The notes under the pieces are model-generated. The model worked only from the letters and a program-made list of their open reading frames with translations. It was not told the DNA's origin and did not search any database. Below, piece by piece: positions 16,542 through 26,734 of a stretch of 64,000 bases of DNA (within the stretch, counting starts at the first letter, position 1; every line of letters begins with the position of its first letter). This stretch comes from Minisyncoccota bacterium (GTDB taxonomy: Bacteria > Patescibacteriota > Minisyncoccia > Phycocordibacterales > XYD1-FULL-46-19), in NCBI GenBank assembly GCA_041665625.1, contig JBAYIK010000001.1, positions 196,341 to 260,340 of the forward strand, written 5' to 3'. The translations under genes were made by a program, and so were the position numbers.

Positions 16542-17812
16542 GAAACAAAATCCAAGAGAGACTTTCCAAGCCTCTCAATAACTCCAACGACCAGAGCATT
16601 ACCCATAATAAAGGCTCTTTTTGTGTCTGGGGTAACTTTTCCATTTAACATAAATTTTGTGTGGTCAGAAGGAAACATGTTTAACTTCTCCAACTCAAGT
16701 GGGGTAAGCCGGCGAAGCCTGCCAGATTTAGTCTTAATGACGTGTTTAAAGCGCGAGGGAGAACTTCCACCTTCCCCCGTCACAATTGTTCTGGATGGCT
16801 TATCAAGAGAATCAGGAAAAGCCATTGGGCCTTCTGAGTAATCATATTCAAACCCATCTTTTGATTTCCGCCCCTCTTTCTTTCCACCTTTTAAATATTC
16901 CCATCTTTTTTGATCAGCCTTTTTTATAAAAAATTCTTCTGGAATTTTTGCTTCGTCGTGAATAATAATATTTTTAAGTAAAATAGACTTACCATTATAA
17001 TTAGGCACAGATTTTACTGAGTAGACTTTTCTATCAATCATAACTCCGGAAACATCAAAAGGGCTTTTAGTTGGTTTATTTGAAGAAAAATTCTTAGATA
17101 TTTCCTCCAGACTTCCCTCAATTCTAAATTCGCCCAATTTACCTTCACCTTTTTTCACAGGGAAAGCTTTAGCAATTACTCCATCTTTGTAAATCCAATT
17201 TTCAAGATTTTTTTCTTTTTTAATAGCATTAAAAATCTTACTGCCTTTTTTATACCCCATAATAAAAACTCTTCTCCTTCTTTGCGGCATCCCGTAATCG
17301 GCCGCATTTACAACCCTCCATTCAACTGCATAACCAAGATAAGAAAGAGAGGTCAGCATAACAGCAAAATCTCGACCTCTCTGTCCTGAAGGGGATTTTA
17401 ATAATCTATCGACATTCTCTAACATTAAAAAGTTCGGGGAATTTTTTCCTTTTTTATTTAAGATATTATAAATAGACCACCATAAAACACCTTTCTTACC
17501 ATAGATACCCTTAGCCTGGTTCGCTGTTCTCGCAACAGAATAATCCTGACAAGGAAATCCCCCGACAAGTAAATCATGGTCAGGTATTTCTTTAAATTTA
17601 TTTTCAACGACATCTTGGATATCTTCACAAGAATGTCCCTCTTCTCCAAATATGTTTATATAAATCTGAGAAGCATGTTGTGTAGCTGCCCCTGGTTCCC
17701 ATTGGCTATTCCATACTGTCTCATATTTTAAGTCTTTTTTACTTGCAGCATCAAGGCCAAGGCGGAAGCCCCCAACACCGGCAAAAAGCTCAAGGACTCT
17801 TATTTTCTTCAT
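16538..17812 (-). CDS. DNA (cytosine-5) methyltransferase, Sau3AI-like
   Basis: ELFAGVGG, GGFPCQDYS, LENV, PQRRRR, MGNAL motifs. Confidence 0.95.
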   Translation of the reverse strand: MKKIRVLELFAGVGGFRLGLDAASKKDLKYETVWNSQWEPGAATQHASQIYINIFGEEGHSCEDIQDVVENKFKEIPDHDLLVGGFPCQDYSVARTANQAKGIYGKKGVLWWSIYNILNKKGKNSPNFLMLENVDRLLKSPSGQRGRDFAVMLTSLSYLGYAVEWRVVNAADYGMPQRRRRVFIMGYKKGSKIFNAIKKEKNLENWIYKDGVIAKAFPVKKGEGKLGEFRIEGSLEEISKNFSSNKPTKSPFDVSGVMIDRKVYSVKSVPNYNGKSILLKNIIIHDEAKIPEEFFIKKADQKRWEYLKGGKKEGRKSKDGFEYDYSEGPMAFPDSLDKPSRTIVTGEGGSSPSRFKHVIKTKSGRLRRLTPLELEKLNMFPSDHTKFMLNGKVTPDTKRAFIMGNALVVGVIERLGKSLLDFVS

Positions 17813-17843
17813 AAAGAGATTCTAACAGATAGCGTCAAAAAGA

Positions 17844-19247
17844 TCAATATTGATCTTTTTGGTTTTCTATGGCCTGCTGTATATACTTAGCATTTAACCA
17901 AAAACACCGTTTCATTTCCTGTGTTTTTTGGGGAGTTTCAATGGTATCTGTACTGTCTTTCCCGTGAGGTCGAACGTGGGCAACAGGACTTTCCTTCATT
18001 TTTGGCAAATCTTCGTACCGACCATCCTTAATACAATCAACTGTTTTTTGCCAGACCTTTTCTACCTCACCAATGTCTTTCATCGGAAAATTCCAGAAGA
18101 AGGTTTTCTTCAATATTATATTTTTACTCCTCTTTTCCTTTTGAAAAACGACAAATAAAAACTTCTTTGTCTCCAGCTGTAAATGAAACTCGGCCATAGT
18201 TTCGTCTTCTTCGTCAAACCACAAATCATTTACTAAACTTTTGTAGTCGAATGCAGGAAAAGAAATAGATTCTCTTAGTGTCCCGGTGTGTTCAAGAGTA
18301 ATGACTCTAAGTGTAATGTTGGCCTTCTCTAATTCCTCTACATTATTTGATTCAACGTCTAATATCCTGTTAACAATTAATCTTTTGTAACTCTTTGATT
18401 TTTTGCCGAGACTTGAATTTAACTTAGCTAGTATCTCCGTGTCTGTTTTGCCAATAAATTGGCTAAATTTTTCTTTAACAACATCTTCAATTGTTTCAAT
18501 TCTCCGGTGTTTCTTAAAGATTGAGTCAGTATTTGTTTTTTCTCCAAGCAGTTTAGTCTGAATAAGGTAATTGATATATTGCTGTTTAAAAGAAAAGGCT
18601 CTCGGTTTCGCAGCGATGCGCCCCATCGGCTGATCCCTAACAACTCGGCTATTAGCCGCTTTAGTGCAAGCTCCCAGATAATAAGTATCTCCCTCAGAGA
18701 GCAAGTGGGCTTCCCCTCGTTTAATCTTATTTACTATATATTCCCAGTCTTTTTTAATCTGAAAAACATCTTCGTCGGAAATATCCTCAAGGAGCTTCAG
18801 CAAATGGACAAACTTGAACTCATAATCAAGGATACTTTGACTTTCAATCCAAAGATAGAACATCAGTAGTAAAGTTTTATTCTTTTTTAGGAAAGAGCTT
18901 TGTTCCCAGGTCTCACCGACAACGGTATCATAATTAATCATTGAAAAGACGAGACGCTCCTTAGAGGAGAGCTTACCGGTGTTGTGTTTTTTTAGAGGAG
19001 TAGTCTTCAGCTCAACACTCGCAACAGTAAAATCTGGTTCACTTATATTACCTGGATTGATTTCGAAAAAATATTTTTCCATTAAATCACCCAAAAAACC
19101 TTTGCGTTTCAATCCGTACCCACCAATTTGTTCTTCAATTGCCCCGAGACTTCCAGAAGGGATGACTTGGCGCAAAGACTTTTGCAAAATAGTCTTTGCT
19201 TTCTCTAAAACCTGTTCTTTTGTGTTATATGTTTGAGACATGTTCAA
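17844..19247 (-). CDS. Sau3AI/MutH family type II restriction endonuclease
   Basis: PDF..VELKTTP, LSEGDT.YLGACTK, RAFSFK, HVRPHG, FWLNAKYI; adjacent C5-MTase. Confidence 0.9.
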   Translation of the reverse strand: MNMSQTYNTKEQVLEKAKTILQKSLRQVIPSGSLGAIEEQIGGYGLKRKGFLGDLMEKYFFEINPGNISEPDFTVASVELKTTPLKKHNTGKLSSKERLVFSMINYDTVVGETWEQSSFLKKNKTLLLMFYLWIESQSILDYEFKFVHLLKLLEDISDEDVFQIKKDWEYIVNKIKRGEAHLLSEGDTYYLGACTKAANSRVVRDQPMGRIAAKPRAFSFKQQYINYLIQTKLLGEKTNTDSIFKKHRRIETIEDVVKEKFSQFIGKTDTEILAKLNSSLGKKSKSYKRLIVNRILDVESNNVEELEKANITLRVITLEHTGTLRESISFPAFDYKSLVNDLWFDEEDETMAEFHLQLETKKFLFVVFQKEKRSKNIILKKTFFWNFPMKDIGEVEKVWQKTVDCIKDGRYEDLPKMKESPVAHVRPHGKDSTDTIETPQKTQEMKRCFWLNAKYIQQAIENQKDQY

Positions 19248-19900
19248 ATATTAGAAATAAAACTTGCCGACAAAGTTTTAGAAACCACAACATGATCAAC
19301 GACTTTAATGTCTAAGATTTTCCCCGCACTGATTAGCTTCTTAGTAACCTCGATGTCATCAGCGGAGGGTTCAAGGTCGCCAGAGGGATGATTATGAGAA
19401 ATTATAATTGAAGAGGCGTTATTTTTAATGGCTCCCTCAAAGACTTCTCGAGGATGAACAAGGCTTTCATTAAGAGTGCCAATTGAAATAATATCTCTTT
19501 GTATTTCTTGGTTACGGCTATCCAGGTAAAAAACAACAAAGTGCTCCTTTTTGCTTCCCCTTATGTCCTCCATCCTCTCCCAGACATCTTTTGGGGAAAG
19601 TAATATAGAGGATTTCTTGTCTTTCAACATCCTTTTGCCAAGCTCAAAACAGGCCATAATTTCACAAGCTTTTGCCGAACCTAGGCCATGGATAGTTTTT
19701 AATTCATCAATACTTATATCAACAAATTTTTCGTTTTCAAATTTCTGTAAGATTTTTTGAGCTAGTTTTAGCACATTCAAATCTTTTGTACCAGTACGAA
19801 GCAAAATCGCCAGCAATTCGACGTCAGATAATTTGCCCGGACCATACTTTTCCATCTTCTCTCTTGGTCTATCAACACGGGGTAAATCCTTAATTTTCAT
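19244..19900 (-). CDS. radC: RadC family JAB-domain protein
   Basis: RPREK, ELLAILLRTG, VHPREVF, HNHPSGD, VDH. Confidence 0.93.
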   Translation of the reverse strand: MKIKDLPRVDRPREKMEKYGPGKLSDVELLAILLRTGTKDLNVLKLAQKILQKFENEKFVDISIDELKTIHGLGSAKACEIMACFELGKRMLKDKKSSILLSPKDVWERMEDIRGSKKEHFVVFYLDSRNQEIQRDIISIGTLNESLVHPREVFEGAIKNNASSIIISHNHPSGDLEPSADDIEVTKKLISAGKILDIKVVDHVVVSKTLSASFISNI

Positions 19901-19996
19901 AATTTATTTTCCTATTCTACCACATTTCTCGCCTTTTTACGATAAACCAAAACACCCCCGAAGGGAAGGGTGTTTTGAGTAAGTACCTAGAATTAT

Positions 19997-20293
19997 CTAG
20001 ATTACCTTCCAGAGAAATTTACGATAAGCGGGAGAGAGGTCCGCCCAAGATTTAAAGGCTTTATATTGAGCAATGGATTGTTGAGAATTTTTTGAATCAA
20101 TCGTCTCAATCTCAATAACGACTTCAGCATTCCCATTCCGTACGTAAACATCAGGAATATAGCCATTAATAACTGGCGGTTTATTGTTTCCGGGCAAATC
20201 CGAATAAACAACAGGCCAACCAGCACGAACATATTGAGAAGCAATATTTGCCACTTCAGTATCGTGGATAACTTGATTTTCTTTTGGTCTCAT
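19997..20293 (-). CDS. Small PD-(D/E)XK-like hypothetical protein
   Basis: H....A, GYIPDVYV, VIEIET motif. Confidence 0.6.
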   Translation of the reverse strand: MRPKENQVIHDTEVANIASQYVRAGWPVVYSDLPGNNKPPVINGYIPDVYVRNGNAEVVIEIETIDSKNSQQSIAQYKAFKSWADLSPAYRKFLWKVI

Positions 20294-20581
20294 TAGGTTT
20301 ATAATTAGTTTGTTATTTAGGTTCTTCCGACCTTTAATAAAAACAGCGAGACCGAAGGGGCTCGCTGTTTTTATTTTATTAAAATTTAGTTTTTGAACTT
20401 ATAGCGTGATCGAAAGCAATAGGGTGGGCTTTTTACGTAAAAAATAACGCTTAGAGTCACCTTCGATAATTCTTTGATAAATTGTAGAAGAACTTATGGA
20501 TCCATTATAAAAACAACGATAAATAGCCCCTTTTGGGGACAAAATGTTCATAAAAAGGGACTATCCCAACAAATATTGAAT

Positions 20582-21427
20582 CTAAACCGGGCAGGTATTC
20601 TTACCCAACGCCGTATACAGGCCACACCAACTGAAAATCGCTTCGAAGAGGCAGAAGCCGGAGAAGAAGAGGATTAGCGGATTCCAAGTGGTGAGGATGG
20701 CGAAGAAGAAGAGGGCGACCGCTAGGGCCAAACGAATTAGCCGATCTCTCTTGCCAATATTTTGGGAGCGACCTCGGACCGAGCGCTCGGCAAAGAATTT
20801 GGCCAAGGAGCGATAAGCGAAGCCGACAATGAAGGCGAGGGCAAACATTAACAAGATTAAGCCCCAACCGAAGGGTGAATAGATAAAATTGGCCGGTGAC
20901 TTACCAAAAAAGTCTCGCTTGAGTTGTGGCAAAACTTTATAAACATTCACCGTCTCAGCAAAAGAGAAACTCTCAATCTCGCCAACCGCCAAAGCATACT
21001 TACCTTTGTTCAGAGGACTAGTAACGATAACTTCATAATCCCCCGCCAGAGCTTGGGACTTATACTCTGGGCCGCGCCAATAATCATCATAGCCAAACTC
21101 TTCATGATACTTCTCCCAATTAGAATCTTGTCCGCCCAAGACGGCCAATTGTTCCCCAGCGCGGGAAACAGTCGCTGAGATATCTCGCGGAGGAAGCGCC
21201 CCTGTGCCCGTCTCTTGATATGGCAACAAAATATTAACATAGAGGGCAAAAGCTTTGTCTGAATGAATTTTATAAATCACCGGCTCCCCCGCCAGTTGCC
21301 CATAATAGGCCTTGGAGATCTCTGGTTCCGTCACGATAATTGGATTGCTGGTGGCGAGGCGGGGTTGATGAGCGAGGGCGAGGGTGGGTGTGAGGAGAAG
21401 AAGGAAGAGGAGGAGATATTTTTTCAT
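20582..21427 (-). CDS. Secreted/membrane protein with C-terminal DUF2892 (YgaP-like) domain
   Basis: Signal peptide MKKYLLL...ALAH; C-terminal NIGKRDRLIR...WCGLYTALGKNTCP. Confidence 0.8.
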   Translation of the reverse strand: MKKYLLLFLLLLTPTLALAHQPRLATSNPIIVTEPEISKAYYGQLAGEPVIYKIHSDKAFALYVNILLPYQETGTGALPPRDISATVSRAGEQLAVLGGQDSNWEKYHEEFGYDDYWRGPEYKSQALAGDYEVIVTSPLNKGKYALAVGEIESFSFAETVNVYKVLPQLKRDFFGKSPANFIYSPFGWGLILLMFALAFIVGFAYRSLAKFFAERSVRGRSQNIGKRDRLIRLALAVALFFFAILTTWNPLILFFSGFCLFEAIFSWCGLYTALGKNTCPV

Positions 21428-21429
21428 GT

Positions 21430-21753
21430 TTATTCCACTTCTACCGCCGTCCCATAACAAAGCACCTCAGTGACGCCTTGGAGGAGTTCGGTGGTGTCGT
21501 AACGCACGCCAATAATGGCGTTGGCGCCTTGGGCTTCGGCATGCTTGATCATAAGTTCGAAGGCCTCTTCGCGAGTAGTCTCACAGAGGGAGGTGAAGAG
21601 GGAGATATTGCCACCGAAGATGGTTTGGAGTCCCCCGCCGATAGTGCCGACAATGGAGCGAGAGCGAACAATTATCCCTTTCACAATGCCTAAGTTCTTA
21701 ACAATTTTCTTGCCTGGTAATTCGAATGCGGTCGTAGTGTTTGTGTGATTCAT
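21430..21753 (-). CDS. YbjQ family (UPF0145) protein
   Basis: [20 protein letters not shown]. Confidence 0.92.
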   Translation of the reverse strand: MNHTNTTTAFELPGKKIVKNLGIVKGIIVRSRSIVGTIGGGLQTIFGGNISLFTSLCETTREEAFELMIKHAEAQGANAIIGVRYDTTELLQGVTEVLCYGTAVEVE

Positions 21754-21770
21754 ATTATTTATATTAATTA

Positions 21771-22436
21771 TTAATAACTATTTTCTTCATCTTCTTCTCG
21801 ATTACGAAAGAAACGCTTTACCTCGGCCTCATAATCTTCTTTAAGCAACGGCAACAAACCCTTAACCTCGGGATGGCTATTATAAACTATTTGTTTGTTT
21901 TGAATTTGCCCACGGAAGAGAGTTGGGAAACTAAGACCGGTCTTACGCCAGACGGGCATCTTAGATAAAGTCTCAGCCAAGTCATCGGGGATAGCTAAAA
22001 CAGCGGGAATGGTCTCGCTCTCACCCAAACCCTTCATCAAGGCCACCCCGCCACGCAATGACCTTGGAGCAAAATGAGACGGAATAAAGACGCCATGACG
22101 AACAGGACCCAAGAGATAACCATCGCGGTTATTACCAAACATGAAGTTCCTCTCAGTCGAGCCTTCAGTAAAAAAGTGATAGAAAAAACTGCTTGAACCA
22201 AGAGCCTCGCGACCACGGCGAGTAATGGCCTTCTCATACCAGCCAAAAATCTCGTCGGCCTTCTCTTCGCCATAATGATAAAAGAATTCGGCTGTGTCGA
22301 TTAGGCCCAGTGGAATTTTCTCGTCTTCTTGAACAGAAAGAGGAACATCGAGGGCTTCTTCAACACCTTGATCAACTTCGTCTCGAAGTTCTTTATCATT
22401 CTTATCCTTATGCCAAAAGTTTTCTAAGGGTGACAT
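21771..22436 (-). CDS. Hypothetical protein
   Basis: 221-aa ORF; -10-like TACGAT 7 nt before ATG. Confidence 0.7.
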   Translation of the reverse strand: MSPLENFWHKDKNDKELRDEVDQGVEEALDVPLSVQEDEKIPLGLIDTAEFFYHYGEEKADEIFGWYEKAITRRGREALGSSSFFYHFFTEGSTERNFMFGNNRDGYLLGPVRHGVFIPSHFAPRSLRGGVALMKGLGESETIPAVLAIPDDLAETLSKMPVWRKTGLSFPTLFRGQIQNKQIVYNSHPEVKGLLPLLKEDYEAEVKRFFRNREEDEENSY

Positions 22437-22531
22437 TATCGATATCGTAACATTTTATTAATTTTATTAAAACAACATGCCGCCGGCGGGAGAACCCCGT
22501 CGGCGGCTAGAAAAAACTCGAACACTATCCC

Positions 22532-22840
22532 CTACTTGTCGGTGCGGTGATAGTCCCGGCCCTCGCGCAAGGCCTTCTTGCGGAGTTGAGCGTTCCGAAC
22601 GCCGGCTGTGGTCTTGCCGACCAGCCCGAAGGCATCGGCCTGAAGCCCGGCCTCGCGGACATGAAAGGGTGTCTTACCAGCAACAAGCGTCGCCTTGCTC
22701 CGTTCGCCGACGTCGTCGCCATGAGAGACCTTGCTCCCCGTGTAGGCGACTTTGGCCTTCTTCGCCTTGGCCTTCTTGCTGGTCGTACGGGAAAGTCTGG
22801 TCCCTTTTTTCTTTTTCTCCTTGCTCTTCTTTTTCGGCAA
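22532..22840 (-). CDS. Highly basic 102-aa orphan protein (MPKKKSKEKKKKG...)
   Basis: GAGAAGGAGG-5nt-TTG 22840; TTGCCA-18-TAGATT promoter; GC hairpin 22479-22507. Confidence 0.7.
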   Translation of the reverse strand: MPKKKSKEKKKKGTRLSRTTSKKAKAKKAKVAYTGSKVSHGDDVGERSKATLVAGKTPFHVREAGLQADAFGLVGKTTAGVRNAQLRKKALREGRDYHRTDK

Positions 22841-22943
22841 AATGACCTCCTTCTCGCTATGACGCCATGAGCAATTCATGTGCGTCGGTTTGTTATTGTC
22901 CAACAAGAATCTACCACAAAACCAGCGGGCCTGGCAAGATTAC

Positions 22944-23459
22944 TTAGACCCCCCTAGTGACATCCACTAACCCGCCAGCATACTCAGCATCATAAATTTC
23001 TTTGCCATCAACCTTAATATATTCATGGCCAGAAAAGCGACCAAGGTCGCCAGTATAAATATTGTCGTAGGTCCACTCCTTACCATCGATGACCTCGCTC
23101 ATATGCACCGGACCACGCACAGGCAAGTCTTCGGGGGCATTCATCAGAGCCTTACGTAAGAAAGCATAAGCCGCGCTCTTTTCAATTTCCTTATCACTCA
23201 CTTCGCCATAATAAATCATCATCCATTCAGAGTGACCATCTTTAAAGATTATCTCACGGCCACCATAAGGTTCACCGCCGAAGAAATTATCGTGGAAACG
23301 CCAAGCCTTGTCAGCACTCTCATAAGAAATAGTGGTTGACCCATCGGCCTCCTTGGTCCAGACCTGTTCTTCGCCACTACCATAACCAGCCCTATTAGCC
23401 TCAACTAAAAATTTTTTAATATTCGCGAGTTGTTCTAAACTCTGTGGTGTTTCTTCCAT
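22944..23459 (-). CDS. DUF5680-like protein
   Basis: D.FFGGEPYGGRE, W.M.YYG, FLRKAL, PVRGP, Y.GGL. Confidence 0.75.
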   Translation of the reverse strand: MEETPQSLEQLANIKKFLVEANRAGYGSGEEQVWTKEADGSTTISYESADKAWRFHDNFFGGEPYGGREIIFKDGHSEWMMIYYGEVSDKEIEKSAAYAFLRKALMNAPEDLPVRGPVHMSEVIDGKEWTYDNIYTGDLGRFSGHEYIKVDGKEIYDAEYAGGLVDVTRGV

Positions 23460-23465
23460 AATTTT

Positions 23466-23618
23466 TTATTTTTTACTCAGTGATGGATCAAATTCGGGGG
23501 TGGGATATTCTGGCCATAATGGCGGATATTCAGGCGGGGCAGAACTCGGACCTTCTGGCTCAGACTCAGTCTCGGGGGCAGTTTCTAAAGGTCTTGGGTT
23601 TGTTGGATCTTCAAACAT
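23466..23618 (-). CDS. 50-aa Pro/Glu-rich microprotein
   Basis: MFEDPTNPRPLETAPETESEPEGPSSAPPEYPPLWPEYPTPEFDPSLSKK; fills the gap between co-oriented genes. Confidence 0.5.
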   Translation of the reverse strand: MFEDPTNPRPLETAPETESEPEGPSSAPPEYPPLWPEYPTPEFDPSLSKK

Positions 23619-23668
23619 ATTTTTTGTTTGTCTCGAGCAAAGTCGAGAAATAAAATTAAACTAATAAA

Positions 23669-24937
23669 TTAACTAAAAATATTCTTCAAGGCACCGCCGA
23701 CAAAGGTCCAGCCATAATCCCGCCCCTTAATGAGTAAGGCCTTAAGCTTGGGCCAGCGGTTGACGCGATAAAGACTCTGGAAAGGACTCATTAATCCTAC
23801 CTTATTCGTGATTAATTCGCCAAGGAGCGAAGCGGCAATGGCTGAGTAAGTGAGACCATTGCCCGAGAAGGCAAAGGCATAGTAGAGGCCAGACTTCTGG
23901 TCTTGGCCAATATAAGGGAGTCCGTCGATTGACTCCAAGAGTTGCCCAGACCAACGACGAACAACCTTAAGTTCGGGGGTGGAGAAAAATTTCTCAGCAT
24001 GATTAAGAAGAGCGTGATAATTCTTGGCACGACCAAGCTTAAGATCCTCGCGATGATCCTCACCGCCAAAAATAATCTGGCATTTACCATCGCGATTAAC
24101 CACCCGACTATAGTGGTAAGGGCGAGAGAGATCCTCGTAGAGACCGTCGGCTAACACTTCGCCCGGTGCCTCTAATTCTAAGACATAAGAACGGTAAAGC
24201 GCTTTCTTGAAATAGAGATGCCAAGGCTCTTGCCACGGGCTATAAGTAGTAATAACAACATTCTTGGCAATAATTTGTTTATCCCCCACCTTGATAATCC
24301 AGCGATCACCTTTTTTTTCTAAGGCCAGGGCCTCAGTCTCTTCATAAATCTTGGCACCATGGCGGGTCGCAATCTCGGCCAAGGCGGTGAGAAATTTCAG
24401 CGGGTGATAGGTGGCTTGATCGGCTAACTCTAAATAGCCACGGGCAAAAGAATTGCAGAGAGATACCGGTTGATAATCAGCGTTAATTCCTACACTTCTC
24501 ATGGCAACCAATTCCCTCTCTAGATGCTCCGTTTCCTTCTTGGTCTTGGCGAGAATCTTCGTAGATAGAGATTTAAAATCACAAGCAATATTCTCCTTCG
24601 TGATAATCTGCGAAATGTACTCAATCGCCAAGCGATGAGACTGAGCGACTTGGCGTGCACCATCTTCGCCAAAAGCAAATTTGAGATCTTGGTAACTGGT
24701 ATCGATAGATTGGGTTAAGAAGCCCGTTGTGCAGTCAGTCGTCCACTCACCCAAGCGTCCTTTCTCAACAAGAGCAACCGAGGCACCAGCCTTGGCCAAT
24801 TCGTAAGCCGAGAAGACGCCGGTAATACCACCACCGACAATTAAAGTATCAATTTCTAAATCTTCAGTTAACTTGGGGTAACTTGGGCGTGTCACGCCCT
24901 CAAGCCAGATTTCATAATCTTCCCCTTTTTGTCCCAT
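23669..24937 (-). CDS. FAD-dependent oxidoreductase (DAO/PuuB-YhfW-like, no Rieske domain)
   Basis: IVGGGITG, HPLKF, WSGQ..ESIDGLPYIG, FSGNGLT. Confidence 0.9.
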   Translation of the reverse strand: MGQKGEDYEIWLEGVTRPSYPKLTEDLEIDTLIVGGGITGVFSAYELAKAGASVALVEKGRLGEWTTDCTTGFLTQSIDTSYQDLKFAFGEDGARQVAQSHRLAIEYISQIITKENIACDFKSLSTKILAKTKKETEHLERELVAMRSVGINADYQPVSLCNSFARGYLELADQATYHPLKFLTALAEIATRHGAKIYEETEALALEKKGDRWIIKVGDKQIIAKNVVITTYSPWQEPWHLYFKKALYRSYVLELEAPGEVLADGLYEDLSRPYHYSRVVNRDGKCQIIFGGEDHREDLKLGRAKNYHALLNHAEKFFSTPELKVVRRWSGQLLESIDGLPYIGQDQKSGLYYAFAFSGNGLTYSAIAASLLGELITNKVGLMSPFQSLYRVNRWPKLKALLIKGRDYGWTFVGGALKNIFS

Positions 24938-24971
24938 CTTAGAATTATAACAAAAAGAAGATCACTTGGCG

Positions 24972-25460
24972 CTAGCCCAATTTTTCTTTTAATTCTAAGG
25001 CTCTCTCGATAATCCTATCCCCAATCTCGCCCCAGTCGAAGTATTGTTTATAGTCAGCGGGATCAATGAGTTTGATCTCCTTAATACTCCCAGCAGGATC
25101 TTCGACAAAGTCACCTAAGGGGCGGGCCAGACAAGCGGCCCGCAATTGATACTTAATTACCCCGTCCTTATCTGTTATTTTTTGATAACCAAGCGGTAGC
25201 CACTTAGTAACCTCCATGTTACTTTCCTCAATAATCTCGCGCTTCAAAGTCTCTTCGAAACTCTCGCCCAGCTCGATCGTGCCACCAATCAGGCCCCAAG
25301 CATTTTTCTTACCACCAAAGCCAATAACTAATTTATTATCACAAAAGCAGACCCCGTAGACCTGAGTACAAAGTTCCCGAGGCAAAGTATTGAAATCGTC
25401 AATATCGTCATACTCAAGATCGAAATCCTGACCCCAAAGATGCAACTTGGTTTTTATCAT
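24972..25460 (-). CDS. NUDIX hydrolase
   Basis: GGTIELGESFEETLKREIIEES Nudix box. Confidence 0.9.
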   Translation of the reverse strand: MIKTKLHLWGQDFDLEYDDIDDFNTLPRELCTQVYGVCFCDNKLVIGFGGKKNAWGLIGGTIELGESFEETLKREIIEESNMEVTKWLPLGYQKITDKDGVIKYQLRAACLARPLGDFVEDPAGSIKEIKLIDPADYKQYFDWGEIGDRIIERALELKEKLG

Positions 25461-25526
25461 ATTTATTATTTTAACTTAATAATTATTAATAATGAAACTA
25501 AAAAATCCCGCGGTCTGCGGGATTTT

Positions 25527-25841
25527 CTACTTGCCGATTTTGGCAATGGAGACTTTAGTAAAGGGTTGTCGGTGCCCAGCCTTCTTGTGATGACGGACCT
25601 TGGCTTTATACTTAACAACGACGATCTTCTTGTTGCGGCCATCAGCCTCGAACTTGGCGGTAACTGTCGCCCCATCTAAGTAAGGGGTACCAAGCTGAAC
25701 TTTGTCACCATCAACAATGAGAAGCACTTTATCAAAAACAACCTCACCTTTGGCCTTAGCCTCGGCTAGTTTCTCGACTTGCAAAAGGTCGCCCTCGGCG
25801 ACTTTATACTGTTTTCCACCTGTTTCGATAATTGCGAACAT
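25527..25841 (-). CDS. rplU: 50S ribosomal protein L21
   Basis: [21 protein letters not shown]. Confidence 0.97.
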   Translation of the reverse strand: MFAIIETGGKQYKVAEGDLLQVEKLAEAKAKGEVVFDKVLLIVDGDKVQLGTPYLDGATVTAKFEADGRNKKIVVVKYKAKVRHHKKAGHRQPFTKVSIAKIGK

Positions 25842-25993
25842 AACCCTAGTATTATACACATGGGGCGGGAAAAATCAAGAGTTTGCCCCCTTAGGCCTTT
25901 GGGGATATAGTAAAAGAGGAATTGCAAATATAGTGATGTTCGCCGCAAATTGAAAAAAGGTCAAGAGGAGCCAAAACCAGAAGGAGAATACCC

Positions 25994-26662
25994 GTGGCAG
26001 ACCCCAAACAGAAAGAGAAAACCCCAAGGAGGCAGCTAAGTCCCGACTGTCGGGCAAAGGTCTCCAAAGCCTGGGCCCAATGCCTCGCCGACCCCGAAAC
26101 CCCAACCCCCTTTGCCCAAGGGACCCACGCTGTCTACAACGGGAGCACAATCCCCAACCTCATCATTGAGGGAATCAGGGGCCAGATGGAAGATGAGGGA
26201 AAGTTCTTCAAGCCCGAGGACGAGGTCAGCATTTTCTTCGAGATCAGCGGGGTAGTTCTTCCCCGACACCTGACAGTGACCGGAGGACTAGAGAGCTTCC
26301 TCATGGAGATCGAAGACCAGTTCTTGAACGGCTGGCCCTTCCAAGGTGAGAAGCCTGGTGCGAAGAGAACGCTCAGCGATATCGTTCGACTAAGGGTCAA
26401 GACCGCGATCAAGGAATCGGTGAGCAACGCCAACGTCGCGAGAGAAGACGTCGCGGGGATCTTGGCAACCGAGATCATGAGCAAGTACTACCTCGAAACC
26501 GAGGAGACCTCGGCTGAGCTCTTCGCCGTCTTCGACACGGTGATGGACAGTCTGGGTCAGAGAGGCCTCGAAGAATTCTTTGACAGCTTCGAATCCGAAG
26601 TCCTCAACCACCCCCTGCTGAAAGATGCTCCGCCCGAGCAACAGGAGATCCCCGAGACTTGA
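25994..26662 (+). CDS. GC-rich orphan hypothetical protein
   Basis: AAGGAG-7nt-GTG; hairpin after stop; GC-rich codon usage. Confidence 0.75.
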   Translation: MADPKQKEKTPRRQLSPDCRAKVSKAWAQCLADPETPTPFAQGTHAVYNGSTIPNLIIEGIRGQMEDEGKFFKPEDEVSIFFEISGVVLPRHLTVTGGLESFLMEIEDQFLNGWPFQGEKPGAKRTLSDIVRLRVKTAIKESVSNANVAREDVAGILATEIMSKYYLETEETSAELFAVFDTVMDSLGQRGLEEFFDSFESEVLNHPLLKDAPPEQQEIPET

Positions 26663-26734
26663 TCTCCCTCAATTTGCAAACGCCGCGGCTAACCCCCGCG
26701 GCGATTGTGTTTTATATAAAATACGAACAAAAAA

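Noticed and set aside
12000-20500. Prophage or IS element
   Set aside because: No integrase, transposase, terminase or structural genes recognised
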